64,000 nucleotides of DNA from Octopus sinensis (lineage: Eukaryota), in contig NC_043000.1 in assembly GCF_006345805.1 (NCBI RefSeq), forward strand, positions 100,998,001 to 101,062,000, given 5' to 3'. How positions within the stretch are numbered: position 1 is the first letter of the stretch; every line of letters starts with the position of its first letter. A program made the translations under genes and the position numbers. Of the stretch, positions 1 to 13,929 are shown piece by piece. A model generated the notes under the pieces. The model saw only the letters and a list, made by a program, of their open reading frames with translations. It was not told the DNA's origin and ran no database searches.

Positions 1-885
1 CTAGAAAGACTATGCTGGAAATACAAAAGACAAGTTAGTCACAGCTGGAAGACAAGATACAAAAGACAAGATAGCCACACACAGGAACTGAACTCGGAAC
101 CATGTAGTGGGAAGCAAGCTTCTTGTCACACAGTCACTCTTACATCTATTACATCATTTGCTAAATTTCCACAAGATGGCAAAATGTGATTTGAGGGAAA
201 CTTGACTGTTATTTCAAACAGGTCACTCAATCAGTCAGCCATATAGTCATTCGTATTGTTTCACGAGAAATGGGTGGGATGAAAGTTCTGAAACATTCAT
301 GTCTAAACACTTTTGAAATGTTCACCATTTTATCGAGACTAGAGTTGTTTGTTTTTGGGGTTTTGTTTCCTTATCTTTCTTTTTTATTCTTTAAATTTAC
401 TAATTCTTTCTACGGTATTTATTTATTTTGTGGGTGGTGGGCAAGGATTATCTCCTGTTTATTTAGATTTTATCAGTTCATGTCAATCTCAATAACGAAC
501 TAGATAGAATTTAATAAATGAGTTCCTTGACAAAGAAGTCTGATTTTTATCTTCTTAAATCTCATTTACCGTTATCTTTCTAAAGATGTTCTTTCTTTTA
601 AATTTAAAATTTTTATTGATTGATTTATTTAAATTTATTTAACCTTTTTATTGGCTGTGGTTATGGTAGAGCAATGATTTTTTATTTTTGTGTATAAATA
701 TATATATTATATTTTTTTCTGTTTTTGTGTATGTGTGTTTTTCGTATCCTTTTTTGTTTGTTAATGTTCTTCCATCCAATTTAAGAATTTGAAAAGTAGT
801 TTCAATAGCGAAAATCAGATGAAAGGGGAAAAAAAAATTTTAAACTTTTTTTGAGGAAAAACAAAAACAGAAAAGCATTAAAATA

Positions 886-948
<63 letters not shown>

Positions 949-1464
949 CCAAAAAAACCCTTCAGAATCCTTTTACTGGTATATTTATTTATCTTGTGTC
1001 TGTTTCAGTTAGATTTTTCATTAACCAAAAGAAAGAACTCTAGAAAAAAAATTGCCTGAATAGAAACCAAAATATAAATAGTTATTATCTAAATTTTATT
1101 CTGAGACAAAAATTAAAAAATAAATCAAAAATGTCCTTATAGACTTCCTTTAATTTAAAGTTGAATGCAATTATTATCCTTAAAATAAGGAATGAAGGAA
1201 ACAAAATAAAACAGACAAAAATTTCGAACACACAAACACATGTACACACACATACACACAAATATATTGAAAGTAACAAAAATGAAGAAAGTCTGAATGA
1301 AAGTTTTATTTAATGATAATTGGTAAATGTGTGAAAATATTTTCAACGGATTCCTTATTGTATGACTTCAGTCACGCAATGTAAACAGCACACAAGAGAC
1401 ACAATGGGCAGCATATGATGTGAGTAGTGTGTGTTTGTTTGGTAGCAGAACAAATATATGAACA

Positions 1465-1832
1465 AGGCATAGCTGTGTGGTTGCTTTCCAATCTCATGGT
1501 TCCAGGTTCAGTTCCACTGCATGGCAACTTGAGCAAGTGTCTTCTACTATAGCCTTGGGCCAACCAAAATCTTGTGAATGGATTTGCTAGACAGAAAGTA
1601 AAAGAAGTGTGAGTGTGTGTGTGTGTTTGTCCCCAACCACCACTTGACAACCAGTGTTGGTATGTTTATGTCTCCCATATCAAAGCGCTTCAGCAAAGGA
1701 GACCAATAGAATAAGTACTAGGTTTTAAAAAAAATAAGTACAGGGGTAAATTCATTCGACTAAAAATTCTTCAAGGTAGTTCTCCAGCATGGCCACAGTC
1801 TAATGACTGAAACAACTAAAAGATAAAAGATA
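1465..1832 (+). mobile_element. SINE family A (older)
   Basis: Diverged match to the family. Confidence 0.8.
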
Positions 1833-2041
1833 ATGGTTCATATCTTTTTTTAACTGAGTTACAACTTGAGCCAACAAAGAAGCCCTTATGGTGTTGCACA
1901 AGCAGTTAGAAATAGCAGCTAAATCTCCTTAAAAAAACTAATAAAAGAAGAAAAAGTGCTTTTTTTTTTTCAGTATTGAATTTTGAAGCACAATAGGACA
2001 AATGAATTTATTAGTTATACAGAAAATAGAATTCTACACAC

Positions 2042-2280
2042 TTTCTTATTTCTTTATTGCTCACAAGGGGCTAAACATGGAGGGGACAAACAAGGACAGA
2101 CATAGGTATTAAGTCGATTACATTGACCCCAGTGCGTAACTGGTACTTAATTTATCGACCACCGAAAGGATGAAAGGCAAAGTCGACCTCAGCGGAATTT
2201 GAACTCAGAAAGTAAGGACAGACGAAATACCGCTAAGCATTTCGTCCGGCGTGTTAATGTTTCTGCCAGCTCGCTGCCTT
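2042..2280 (-). mobile_element. SINE family B with about 11-bp TSD
   Basis: ggcagcgagctggcagaaac...gagttcaaattccgc...gtcgactttgcctttcatcc; TSD aattcta(c/t)aca. Further copies near 2468, 6880, 7617, 36700, 48240, 48960, 52035, 58215, 59800 and 61625. Confidence 0.85.
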
Positions 2281-2685
2281 AATTCTATACAATTTCTGCT
2301 ATTAGTCAACAATAAGAGAAGACAATTTCATAAGGTTCCGGCACAGTGGTATTGAGCCTGGAAATCTGTTGTTGCAAAGCAAGCTTAACAACTACACAGC
2401 CATATCTTTGCTAAAGCTATAGCTAGGGCATACATATACGATATACAAATAATTAGTCTCGAATATAAGGTGTCAAGCTGGCAGAATCATTAGCTTGCCA
2501 GGCAAAATGCTTTGTGGCATATCATCTGTTTTTATGTTCTGAGTTCAAATTCCACCGAGGTTGACGTAGCCTTTCATCCTTTTAGTGTCAATAAAGTAAG
2601 TCCCAGTTGAGCACTGGGGATCGATGTGATAGAAATTGCTGGCCTTGTGCCAATAATTAGAGTTGACTCTATAAATTTAATCAGT

Positions 2686-3055
2686 GTGAGGAAAGAAGCT
2701 TGCTTCCCAACCATATGGTTCCAGGTTCAGTCCCACTGCATGGCACCTTGGGCTAGTGTTTTTTACTATAGCCTCGAGCCAACCAAAGCCTTGTGAGTGG
2801 ATTTAGTAGACAGAAACTGAAAGAAGTCCGTCATATATATGTGTGTGTGTGTGTGTTTTTGCCCCACCACTACCATCACTTCACAACAGATGTTGGTGTA
2901 TTTACATCCCTGTAACTTAGTAGTTCAGCAAAAGAGACTGATAAAGTAAATACTAGGCTTGCAAGCAATAAGTCCTGGGTTTGGTTTCTTTGACTAAAAA
3001 CCCTTTAAGGCAGTGCTCCAACATGGTCAAAGTCAAATGACTGAAACCAGTAAAA
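2686..3055 (+). mobile_element. SINE family A (older)
   Basis: Diverged match to the family. Confidence 0.8.
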
Positions 3056-3096
3056 TAATAATAAGTGTTGCACTGAAGCCAATGTGGGGGACCATT

Positions 3097-3732
3097 CAGT
3101 GGTTCTTGACCAAGATCCATATGGCCCTTGAGGGCCCATATAAGATTTTTGTAACAGAACAGTAAATTAGGGATCCAATAGCATTTAGGGGCTCCTGAAA
3201 CAATTTTATGTTAGAGATATGTATCGGTATGTATTGCAAGAAACAGATTTTACATGTTGTTTGTTCCTTCTCGAGTCATACTTGGCTCATAAGGGCCAGT
3301 TTCCCAGTCTCCTTGGTGTATAGGTTCCCCACCTGGACGGGATGCTGGTCCATCACAGGTGAGCTGCAAGATGCAGGAGGAAAGAGTGAGAGAAAGTTGT
3401 GGCAAAAGAGTCAGCACAAGTTCCCCATTATCTTCTGCCAGAGCCACATGGAGCTTAGGTGTTTCACTCATAAATACACACATCGCCTGGTCTGATATTC
3501 GAACTCATGATCCCTCGACTGCGAGTTCACTGCTCTAACCACTAGGCCATGTGCCTCCACACAGATTTTACATAGTTCAACCTGTATGAGTTAATGTGGG
3601 AAAAACAAAATAGGAGTTTTGAAAGTAGTTTCTATAAAACTGGTTTGTAAACATTGGATGGCTATGATTGTCCACCAGAATAAAATAATAATCAAAGGAG
3701 TCTATAGATTAAAAAATGGTTGAGAACACCTG
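3097..3732. mobile_element. hAT-type MITE interrupted by a SINE
   Basis: Termini cagtggttct.../...ttgagaacacctg; homologous to 26971-27308. Confidence 0.75.
3256..3560 (-). mobile_element. tRNA-headed SINE with 13-bp TSD
   Basis: TSD acagattttacat at 3243-3255 and 3561-3573; A/B boxes (tggcctagtgg, gagttcgaat) on the minus strand. Confidence 0.85.
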
Positions 3733-4103
3733 ATCTATATGATTGCTTGACCAGCTAGAAATAGCTGCCAAATCTCCTACAAATCATTCATGTTGTATAA
3801 ACAGATAGAGAGACAAAAGGAAAAGAAAATGGAAATACATTAGATTACATAGTCCTTGCTATGTTGCCTAAAATAAAAGATTGAATGACCAGGGTGGGTA
3901 GAATGGCTTTGATTATAAGTCTGTTTATTCAGAGCTTGCCAGGAACTAACCAAGAACAACAAAAAGAACAACAACATCGTTACACTGTGTTTGTAGACAA
4001 AACACATTAAACCCTTCCAGTTTATTTAACTGCAAATAGATTGCATTCAAGCTAACTATATAATCCACTGTGTTTATTTAAATGTTAAGACACAGGTACA
4101 GCT

Positions 4104-4230
4104 ATAGCCACTAGCATAGCTAGAGTGTGTGCTGTCAGGGTGGCCCTTCAGCTTGCCTCACAGCATATTACTCACAGCAGACCCAAAAGTGGTGTTCACT
4201 CCACCCACTTCTAGCTATGCTGGTGGCTAT
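4104..4230. mobile_element. Small MITE-like element (21-bp inverted termini)
   Basis: atagccactagcatagctaga / tctagctatgctggtggctat, 20/21 match. Confidence 0.6.
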
Positions 4231-4954
4231 CAGGAGTGTATGCTCTTGGTGTACTAGGTGTGTTCTGCACACCCATCATAAATGGCAAATTCATTATAAA
4301 TATAAACCTTGCTCATTAATTTAATCACAAATCTTAATGGAAAACTTTTGTTGTATCCCTGCTTGAAATTTAGTAGCTCTGAGGGTGGCAGCACACCCAA
4401 CACAACAACCACCATATGCCACTGGTGGTGATAACCACTGGCATGGCCGTGTGATCAAGAAACCTCAGTGTGTCAATTTGGGCAGCAATCTTCTACTATA
4501 GACCTGAACCAACAAAATCCTTATGAGTACATTTGGTTGATGGAAACTGAAAGAAGCCTGTCAAATATATTTCACTTCCTAAACTCAGTAAGTCCATGCA
4601 GATGTCTCAAAAATCCAACAAATTCCTGGCATAAATTTGTTGTCAGTCCAATCAGCTGTAATACTGGTAGCACAACAGAGGTTGAAACTGTATTTTAGGT
4701 TTTTTAATATGAGTTTACCTCCTCTTTAGAAGAAATTCTAAAATATATTAAGGTTCCTTCACTTTCAGTAGTTCATGTGGTAGTCAAATCATAGCTGGGA
4801 ACCTAACAAGTGTTACTACTCAGAGTGAGAGTAGAAATGGGAATAATATTGGCTTAGAGGTGGGTTTTACACCTCCCAAAACCTTAGAACCCCCATAGAA
4901 GGGCTCTGCAGTGGATACGGTTTAAAGTCGCATGACATACACACACACATACCA

Positions 4955-5432
4955 AATTCGATGACAGCACCGCATGACTGGCATCCGTGCTAGAGGAGCG
5001 CTAAGAGCATCATCCGAGCATGATCGTTGCCAGGGCTGCTGACTGTCCCTCGTGTCGGTGGCACTTAAAAAGCACTATGCGAGCATGATCATTACCAGCA
5101 TTGCCTTACTGGCACTTGTGTTGGTGGTACGTGAAAACAACATTTGAGTGAGTGTGTTGCCTGTGCCGTTGGACTGGCTCCTGTGCAGATGACACGTAAA
5201 AACACCATTTGAGCATGGCCATTGCCAGTACCACTCAACTGGTCCTTGTGCCGGTGGCACATAAAAGCACCCACTACGTTCTCGGAGTGGTTGGCACTAG
5301 GAAGAGCATCCAGCTGTAGAAACTCTGCCAGATCAGATTGGAGCCAGGTGCAGCCATCTGGCTCACCAGTCCCCAGTCAAACCGTCCAACCCATGCCAGC
5401 ATGGAAAGCGGACGTTAAACGATGTTCATGAT
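4955..5432 (+). mobile_element. Short copy of the RTE-LINE 3' end
   Basis: aaagcacccactac...gcatggaaagcggacgttaaacgatg is shared with the 3' end of the 34.3-kb LINE. Confidence 0.8.
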
Positions 5433-5538
5433 TATATATAGAGGGAGATGGATAGATAGATAGATAGACTGATATACATTCGTACAAGCATGTATACATA
5501 CATACATATATATATCTGTATCTATCTATCTATCTATC

Positions 5539-5576
<38 letters not shown>

Positions 5577-6139
5577 CATCTATCTATCTATCTATTTATA
5601 TATATATACACACACATATACATACATCTATATTTACTTATACACATACAGGCTTACATCTATATATACATATATTTATATATGTATATCTATCTATCTA
5701 TATACACACACACACACACACACACACATGTGCAAACATACACATGCATGCATATATATACATACAATGCACATATATACTCATACACCATTGAAGATGC
5801 CAAGAACATTAATGCTACATCATATGTTTACGCTTGTACATTCACGAGTATTTATTTTTTACCTATAACCCTTAACGTGTTGTTTGTTTCACCATCAAAG
5901 ATTTCATCTTTATGTTGTGTGATACAAGCAGGGACCATTTTGCTTCAGGCACTTTCCATAAAAGACAGAAGAATATTATTTCGTTTTATATGTACGTGTG
6001 CATCTGTGCACATGTGTGTGTATGTGTGTGTGTCTATGTATGTATGTATGTGTATGTATATATATATATATATATTTATAGATAGATAGATAGACATATA
6101 CATATATATATATATCTACATGCATATATTTATATATAT

Positions 6140-6224
<85 letters not shown>

Positions 6225-6767
6225 ATATGTATACATTGTATATATATATATATTTTTGTATATATATATGTACACACACATATACACACTCATATATTTA
6301 CATATACATATATATATTCACACATATATACGCTCATATATACATATAAATATATATACACAAATACATACACACACATACACCTACATACACACACACA
6401 CATATTGGGAGGTGTCAGTGTAGTAAAAGGCATATGGTTAACAGGAAAGGAAACCTATGTTATATCACAGAGAATTTTTCTTTCTCACATCATATTCGAG
6501 CAAGCACATATATGTACCCACATGCAGACACTTACACACATATACACACGCATGCAAACACAGAGGAATTGAGGGAGTGTTTACAGAAAATACTTATGAA
6601 AAATGGAAAATTGTTCTGAATGATTCTAGTGATCTTCCAGGTTCAATCCTACTACAAGGCATCTACTTTATGTCTGAGTTGACCAAATTCAAGTGAGTAA
6701 ATCAGGTAAATGGAGACTGAAGGTAGTGTGACTACTATGGTAGCACATCTACTATGTGTGTGTGTGC

Positions 6768-6820
<53 letters not shown>

Positions 6821-7046
6821 GCATCAAAGCAGTTGTTTTTCACTTGAGCACTTTATGCAATATGCTCCTTATTATATTCCACTGAGGTCGACTTTGCCTT
6901 TCATCCTTTTGAGGTTGGTAAAATCAGTACCAGTTGAGTACTGGGGTTGATGTAATTGTCTTAATCCCTCCCCCAAAATTTCAGACCTTGCGCCATTTGT
7001 AGAAAGGATTATTACTATTATTATTATTATTGTTATTATTATTATT

Positions 7047-7595
7047 GAGAGAGCAGCACATACCATCAAAGTAACACTGGGGTACAAATATAAGAAGCCT
7101 AATATAACCATCATGACTACCCATCTGATAAGGGTACACCAGGCACATGCATCACAACCATATGTGCACGACATGGGGATTTCATACCAAAATAAACAAT
7201 GCATGACCTTGCAGGTGGGGCCCAATTAGAATCTTCTTCAGGTCAAAGAGCCCATCCCTCTCAAGAGGTCCCTGAATAAGGTTTGTTTTAAGGATGATGA
7301 ACAAAACACCCATGTTTCTAGATGTGAATTATTCAAACCCCAAAGAGTTCCTCTCAACACATGGCTATGATGCTCCCCCACTACTTCTGCTTGTAATCAG
7401 AGATGCACATATCGTCAGCCACCAAGAGACATGCTCAACTGGTTAAGGTCAAACAACTGACAAGCAAATCTATGGTATTGAGCAGAATATTTGCTGTAGC
7501 GCATCTTTTATACCAGGACAAAACAATGTACATGATAACACTTCCAATCAGTTATGATCAGAATCCACATGAGCCACTGCCTGGTACTGCATCAG
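7047..7595. mobile_element. About 550-bp non-coding element inserted in (ATT)n
   Basis: Same element at 49864-50369 and 50394-50899; (ATT)n on both sides of every copy. Confidence 0.8.
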
Positions 7596-8141
7596 TATTA
7601 TTACTATTATTATTAAGATGGTGAGCTGGCAGATTTGTTAGAATGCTTGACAAAATGCGTAGTGTCATTTTGACCATCTTTATGTTCTGAGTTCAAAGTC
7701 TGGGGTTAGCTTTGCCTTTCATCATATATCAGGGTTGATAAAATAAGTACCCGTTGTATATTGGAGTCGTACATCTCTGTTTGTTAGTAGTTCAGTGAAA
7801 AAAACCAATAAAATATGTAGCTGACTTAAAAAAACTGTAAGTAATGCAGTTGATTCATTCATGTAAAATTCTCCAGGATGGCAAAACAAATATATAAAAG
7901 ATACATATCTGTGTGTGTGAATGAGTATGTAGATATGTATGAATGTATGTATGTATCTTTCTGTTTACCTAACTATCCATCCATCCATCCATCCATCCAT
8001 CCATCCATCCATCCATCCATCCACCCACCCACCCACCCACCCAACCATCCATCATCCATCCATCCATCCATCCATCCATCCACCCACCCACCCACCCACC
8101 CACCCACCCATCCATCCATCCATCCATCCATCCATCTATCC

Positions 8142-8180
<39 letters not shown>

Positions 8181-9485
8181 ATATTGCTCTATACTCAGCT
8201 AACATTTTGTTCTGAAGCATACATATATTGAGTTCTTTACTGGGCTATTGGTCTCACAATGCTAAAGCAAATTACACACACACATTCATTATGTGTGTGT
8301 ATGTGTTGCATATATATATATACACACACACATACATACATCATATACATACACAACCTAGCATGCATCTGCACATATACAAACTAATGTCTTCATATTC
8401 ATATATGCATATGGATTCATACACACACACACACACACACACACACATTCCTGTATGTGTACACTATTATATGACCTATAGATATATGTACAAAAATGAT
8501 AAATATATAAATAGATCATATGCAAAATGCTTAAATTATGAATATATATCAAATGAATAAATATATGAATATAAAACCACTTAAAAGCTTAATCACTATA
8601 TAAAGAAATGAAAATAGGTTATAAATAATGGAAAAAATTAAAAGAATCATTATAAATGCATTCATACATAAATGTTAAAAAGCAGAAGATTTCCATAAAT
8701 GTTGTATAATATTTGTATAGCAAATAATGAGTATAACATGGAATTATAAGAATATAAAAACATAAAGACACACACATTCACATGCATGCACACACACATG
8801 CATGTGCACACATGCACACATACATGCATATAGATATGTGTGTGTGTGTGTGTGTGTGTGTCTGTGTACAAATATTTAAGTCCTTACTATATATATACAT
8901 GTGTGTGTGTATATATAAACTCCGTGTATGCAATGGGTTCAGGCATGCATGTGTGGTAAGAAGTTTCTTTTTCATCCACATGGTTCCAAGTTCAGTCCCA
9001 CTGTGTGGCATTGCACCTTGGGTAAGTCTTATCTACGATAGCACTGGGCCAACCAAAGCCTTGTGAATGGATCTGAGAGACAGAAACTGGAAGAAACCAA
9101 CTGAGTTATATGATAAATACAATATACTGGCAGTTGGGATTTAGCCAAACCATCCAGTGATGGAGTAGTCACCATGGACGAGCTTTAATTCTAAGTGAAA
9201 CTAGACCAGTTCTGTGATCTTGCTCACTGTGGAGCAGTTAGCTCCCCTGTCAGTGCATAGATATGCTGATGATGAGGAGAATATAAAGGAAAATGCATTA
9301 TACACTCAACCCAGTGAATGTGTTATTCTGTTTCCTATACCACATCGTTTTGGATTCAAGTCCTCTGTGTGGTACTATTACCAGATGTCTATTAATATAG
9401 CCACCTGTTGCAGCAATGTTTTGTGAGAAATTTTGGTAGTCATAAAGTAAATAGAAGCTGTCACATGCATGTGTGTGTGTTGTGT

Positions 9486-9520
<35 letters not shown>

Positions 9521-10081
9521 TGTCCATGCATGTGTATTTATGGGTATGTATTGGCATGTGTTAGTGTCTGTCTGTGTATATTTATGTGCATCCATGTGTG
9601 TGCAAGTGTGTATTTGTGTATGTGTGTGTGTGTGTGTGTATTTGTGTGTGTGTGCATGTGTGTGTAAGTGCAATTATGTGCATGAGCTAGTGTGTGTATG
9701 TGTGCGTTTACTTCCACATGACTTGGCAGTGACACTGCTTTGGTTGTGGTAATGTTTGTTTATGTCCCCCATAAACAAACTGAACCACACAGAGATTTGA
9801 TGTGCAAACAGCGGTGGTAGTGGCAGTGGGGTTGGTAGTGGTGGTGATAATGCCAGTGGTGCTAGAGGTGGGGATAGGGACAGTGCTGTTGATGGCGGTG
9901 GTTTGCTATTGGTGTATTTCTTAAATTTTTCAACTCTAGATCATCCTAGATCCATCAGATCAATGATCTGTTTGTTTGTCCTGGCTACATACATACATAC
10001 ATACATACATACATACATACATACATACATACATACATACATACATACATACATACATACATACATACATACATACATACA

Positions 10082-10114
<33 letters not shown>

Positions 10115-10149
10115 TCATGCATGCCTATGTGGCATGATGTTGTTGCTAT

Positions 10150-10710
10150 AACAATTTACAATGCCATCCAAAAAAAGACTGTCCTGAAATAAACTTAGAA
10201 AATCCCTCTCTTATGGAATACATTCATAAACACCAACTCAAGGAATACTGGTGGAATATTCCCATCAAAACTTCTGTTAAATATAAACATAACAAGCCAG
10301 ATATTATTGTAGGAGACACAGGGGCAAAGCTATGTGCCATCATAGAGGTCAGCTGCCCCACAGATATAAATATCTCTTTGAAAATCAAAAAAAAAGAGGA
10401 TATCTATGGACAACTGTTTTGAAACCTCCAGCTTCTATATCCAGACTATGAATTCATATTCATAATTAGAGCACTACATTTTGTTAGTACATGCTTAAAG
10501 GAGAATCTGGATAAACTGGGATTTTCATAAAGAAAAATCGACCAGCTAATTTGTACATTACATGTGTAATCTGTAAGTGGAACAATAAAAATATGCAAGA
10601 CGTTTCTCAAGTTCCAAATGTGAATTTGTCTGTGTTAACTACATCCCAAAGACAGAACCTTGTAGCTTTTTTGGAAACCAGCTCCCTCCTCAGTGGAAGA
10701 TTTATAATAA
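10150..10710 (+). mobile_element. 3' remnant of a REL-endonuclease non-LTR retrotransposon (R4/Dong/NeSL-like)
   Basis: EYWWNIPIKT..HNKPDIIV.D....C.IIEVSCP.D.NI..K...K..IY (PD..D/E endonuclease), then a short UTR ending tataataat. Confidence 0.75.
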
Positions 10711-10849
10711 TTAAAAAATAGAAGAGACATACATACATATATACATAAATATACATATATTCATATCCAGTTATATAACCCTACATTCATCAGAGGTAGC
10801 CAATATTTAATTCCATATTAGCTACCTCTGATGAGGGTATATAAATTTG

Positions 10850-11125
10850 TGCATGATCATTATCAACATCGCCTTACTGGCACCTGTGCTGGTGGCATGT
10901 GTAAAAAGATTCGAGCGAGGTCGTTGCCAGTACCGCCTGACTGGCCCCCATGCTGGTGGCACGTAAAAAGCACCCACTACACTCTTGGAGTGGTTGGCCT
11001 TAGGAAGGGCATCCAGCTGTAGAAACTCTGCCAGATCAAGATTGGAGCCTGGTGCAGCCATCTGGTTCGCCAGCCCTCAGTCAAAATCATCCAACTCATG
11101 CTAGCATGGAAAGCGGACGTTAAAC

Positions 11126-11157
<32 letters not shown>
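10850..11157 (+). mobile_element. Short copy of the RTE-LINE 3' end with (GAT)n tail
   Basis: Same 3' terminus followed by (gat)n. Confidence 0.85.
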
Positions 11158-11158
<1 letters not shown>

Positions 11159-11947
11159 AATATACATATATATATATATATACACACCATCATTCTCATC
11201 CTCATCATTCACAGTCCACTTTTCTATGTGTCTGCATGGGTCTAATAAACTTGGTTGAGGCACATTAACTGCAGTCAGAAGTCCTTCCTTCCTGTTGCCA
11301 ACCCTCACCTGTTTCCAAGCAAGGTAACATTTTGCCACAGCAAGACATGTTTTGCATGGAAGACTCAGAATGAACAGCTTCACTTGTATGATGGTGATAC
11401 TCATTTACAATTATTACATGATGTATAGACAAAGGTACACATGAACAAATACACATACTCAAGTACTCACAAGCATATATATCTATGTGTATCTATGTAT
11501 GTGTATCTTGGCCATGCCTCCAGATACCCATGCTTGGGACGTCTTTTGGTCAATGTATCTGTGAGTGAGTTGATAAATATTTAATTTGTTTACAATTTGT
11601 TTTTCTATGTGTTGTTTTCTCTTTTTTTTCACAATTAATGCATACTGAATCCTCAAAACTACAAAATATGTGTTGTTTACTTGTTTTTTGATAATTTTTC
11701 ACTTATTAATTGTTTAAAATATGTGCTATCATTGCAATATCGACATTATTGTTTTGTTGTCTTACAATTGCAGTCACGCACAAAATGACAACTTCCAAAT
11801 CCTGTTTTGTGACTTGGTAAAAATTATCAGACTTTAAATCTCTGTAACTTTCTGGAATAAATTAATTTGGCCCTGAGATTTGGCATGAAAAATTACATCA
11901 ATAGACCAAATTTGAAAATTTTAACTTTATTTTAGAATTTCAAAAAA

Positions 11948-12200
11948 CGTGCCGGTGGCACATAAAAAGCACCAACTGATCATGGCCACTGCCAACCTCC
12001 CCTGGCACCTGTGCCGGTGGCACGTAAAAAGCACCCACTACACTCATGGAGTGGTTGGCATTAGGAAGGGCATCCAGCAGTAGAAACACTGCCAGATCAG
12101 ACTAGAGCCTGGTGCAGCCTCCCGGCTTCCCAGACCCCGGTCGAACTGTCCAACCCATGATAGCACGGAAAACGGATGTTAAACGATGATGATGATGATG
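11948..12200 (+). mobile_element. Short copy of the RTE-LINE 3' end
   Basis: Same terminal module and (gat)n tail. Confidence 0.8.
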
Positions 12201-12809
12201 ACAGCCAAACAGAAAAGATCCTGATAAAGTATGATTCAAGGGAGATTTGGCTGCTATTTTCAACAGTCGAAGTCATTGCTTGCATAAAGGTTCTTTCACT
12301 GGTGGGCTCTGCTGTAATAAAAGTTGATAGTTCTGGTACAAACAGAATATTGTAATATCTTTCCTTGATGTTACTCTTAATAAACATTTGCTGTCTTGCC
12401 AAAGGTGATTTTCATGATTTTTCAGCCAGACAATGCTTCTGTCTGATTCTTTTCATCTGAAGAAAATGAAAGAGTTGTTAGAATCTCAAAAACTAAGTCA
12501 ATTACACTGTCCAGTAAGTTTACTGGAGCACAATAGAAAATTATTTGTCAATTCTATATAAGTGAAACCCACAATACGATTCTGTAAGCAATCTTCGACA
12601 CAACAGAGAGGGCTTTAGGCTCAATATTTGGCAATATCCTGAAAAAACTCAGAATGAAAGCAAGAATAACAGAACTGATATTATTTTACAAAACAAATCA
12701 TTTGTTTATTGATACAAATACACACACACACACATATAACAGTATAAATATATATATACCTATATATATATATATATATATATATGTCATATATATGTCT
12801 CTCTATATG

Positions 12810-12849
<40 letters not shown>

Positions 12850-13179
12850 TTACATGTATATACACATATATACTTATTTTTATCTATACATGCATGTGTG
12901 TGTGTATGTCTGTGCATGTACACTATCTTGGTGGTGTAAGCATGGCTATGGTGTTAAGACATTTTACTTCTCAACCATGTGATATTAAGTTCATTCCCAC
13001 TATATGGAGCTTTGAACAAATGTACTTTCCTATAGCTCTGGGTCAATCAAATTCTTGTGAACAGATTCGGTAGATGTATGTTAGAAAAATTAATAGTGTT
13101 TGGAGCTGTCTGCGACAATCCAGTCGGATAAAGCTAGCAGTATGTATAAATATGTGAGTGTTGTTTTATGTGTAAGTAT

Positions 13180-13216
<37 letters not shown>

Positions 13217-13220
<4 letters not shown>

Positions 13221-13515
13221 TGGTAATTGTGGTGACTACAAATATTTGTATTGAGGTATGGAATCCTTAAACATTGTCATTTCATTATAGATGTGAGTGT
13301 GTATACAGTTGTAGTTATGTGTACCAAAACGTAATAGTATGTCTGTGTGTGTATGTACATGTGTGTGTGTGTGTAGTGGTATTTGTGGTGACTACAAATA
13401 TTTATATTAAGGTATGGAATCCTTAAATATTGTCATTTCATTATAGATGTGTGTGTATGCAGTTGTAGTTACATGTACCAAAATGTGATAGTCTTTCTCT
13501 GTGTGTATGTGTGTG
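13217..13515. repeat. 156-bp tandem duplication bounded by (GT)n
   Basis: gtagtggta.ttgtggtgactacaaatattt recurs at 13217 and 13373. Confidence 0.85.
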
Positions 13516-13748
13516 TGTGTGTATGTGTATGTGTGCACGTGTGTGTATGTGCACATATGTGTGTGTGTGTGTGTGTGTATGTGTGTGTAGATACATACAC
13601 ACAAACATATATACATACATACATAGGCATGGCTGCATGGTAAGAAGCTTGCCATTTTTGATGCCTTGAGAAAGTGTCTTCAACTATAGCCTCAGGCCAA
13701 CCAAAGCCTTATGAAAAGATTTGTAAGATGGAAACTGAAGGAAGCCAG

Positions 13749-13788
<40 letters not shown>

Positions 13789-13929
13789 GTGTTCTGTTCT
13801 GTGATGGTAAGATCAACAAAAAGTATTCTATCTTGTGAGAGATAAATATTTAATAAACACAATATATGTTTTTATGTGCTACTATTAGTTTCATGTGCTG
13901 AGAACGTGCCAAAGACCTCCTTGGCTTAG

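Noticed and set aside
5490-6572. Long ORFs rich in IY/HT/CV/YLSI repeats (also at 23-25, 31-34, 37.8-38.6, 51-57 kb)
   Set aside because: They are translations of microsatellites that lack stop codons in some frames, not genes.
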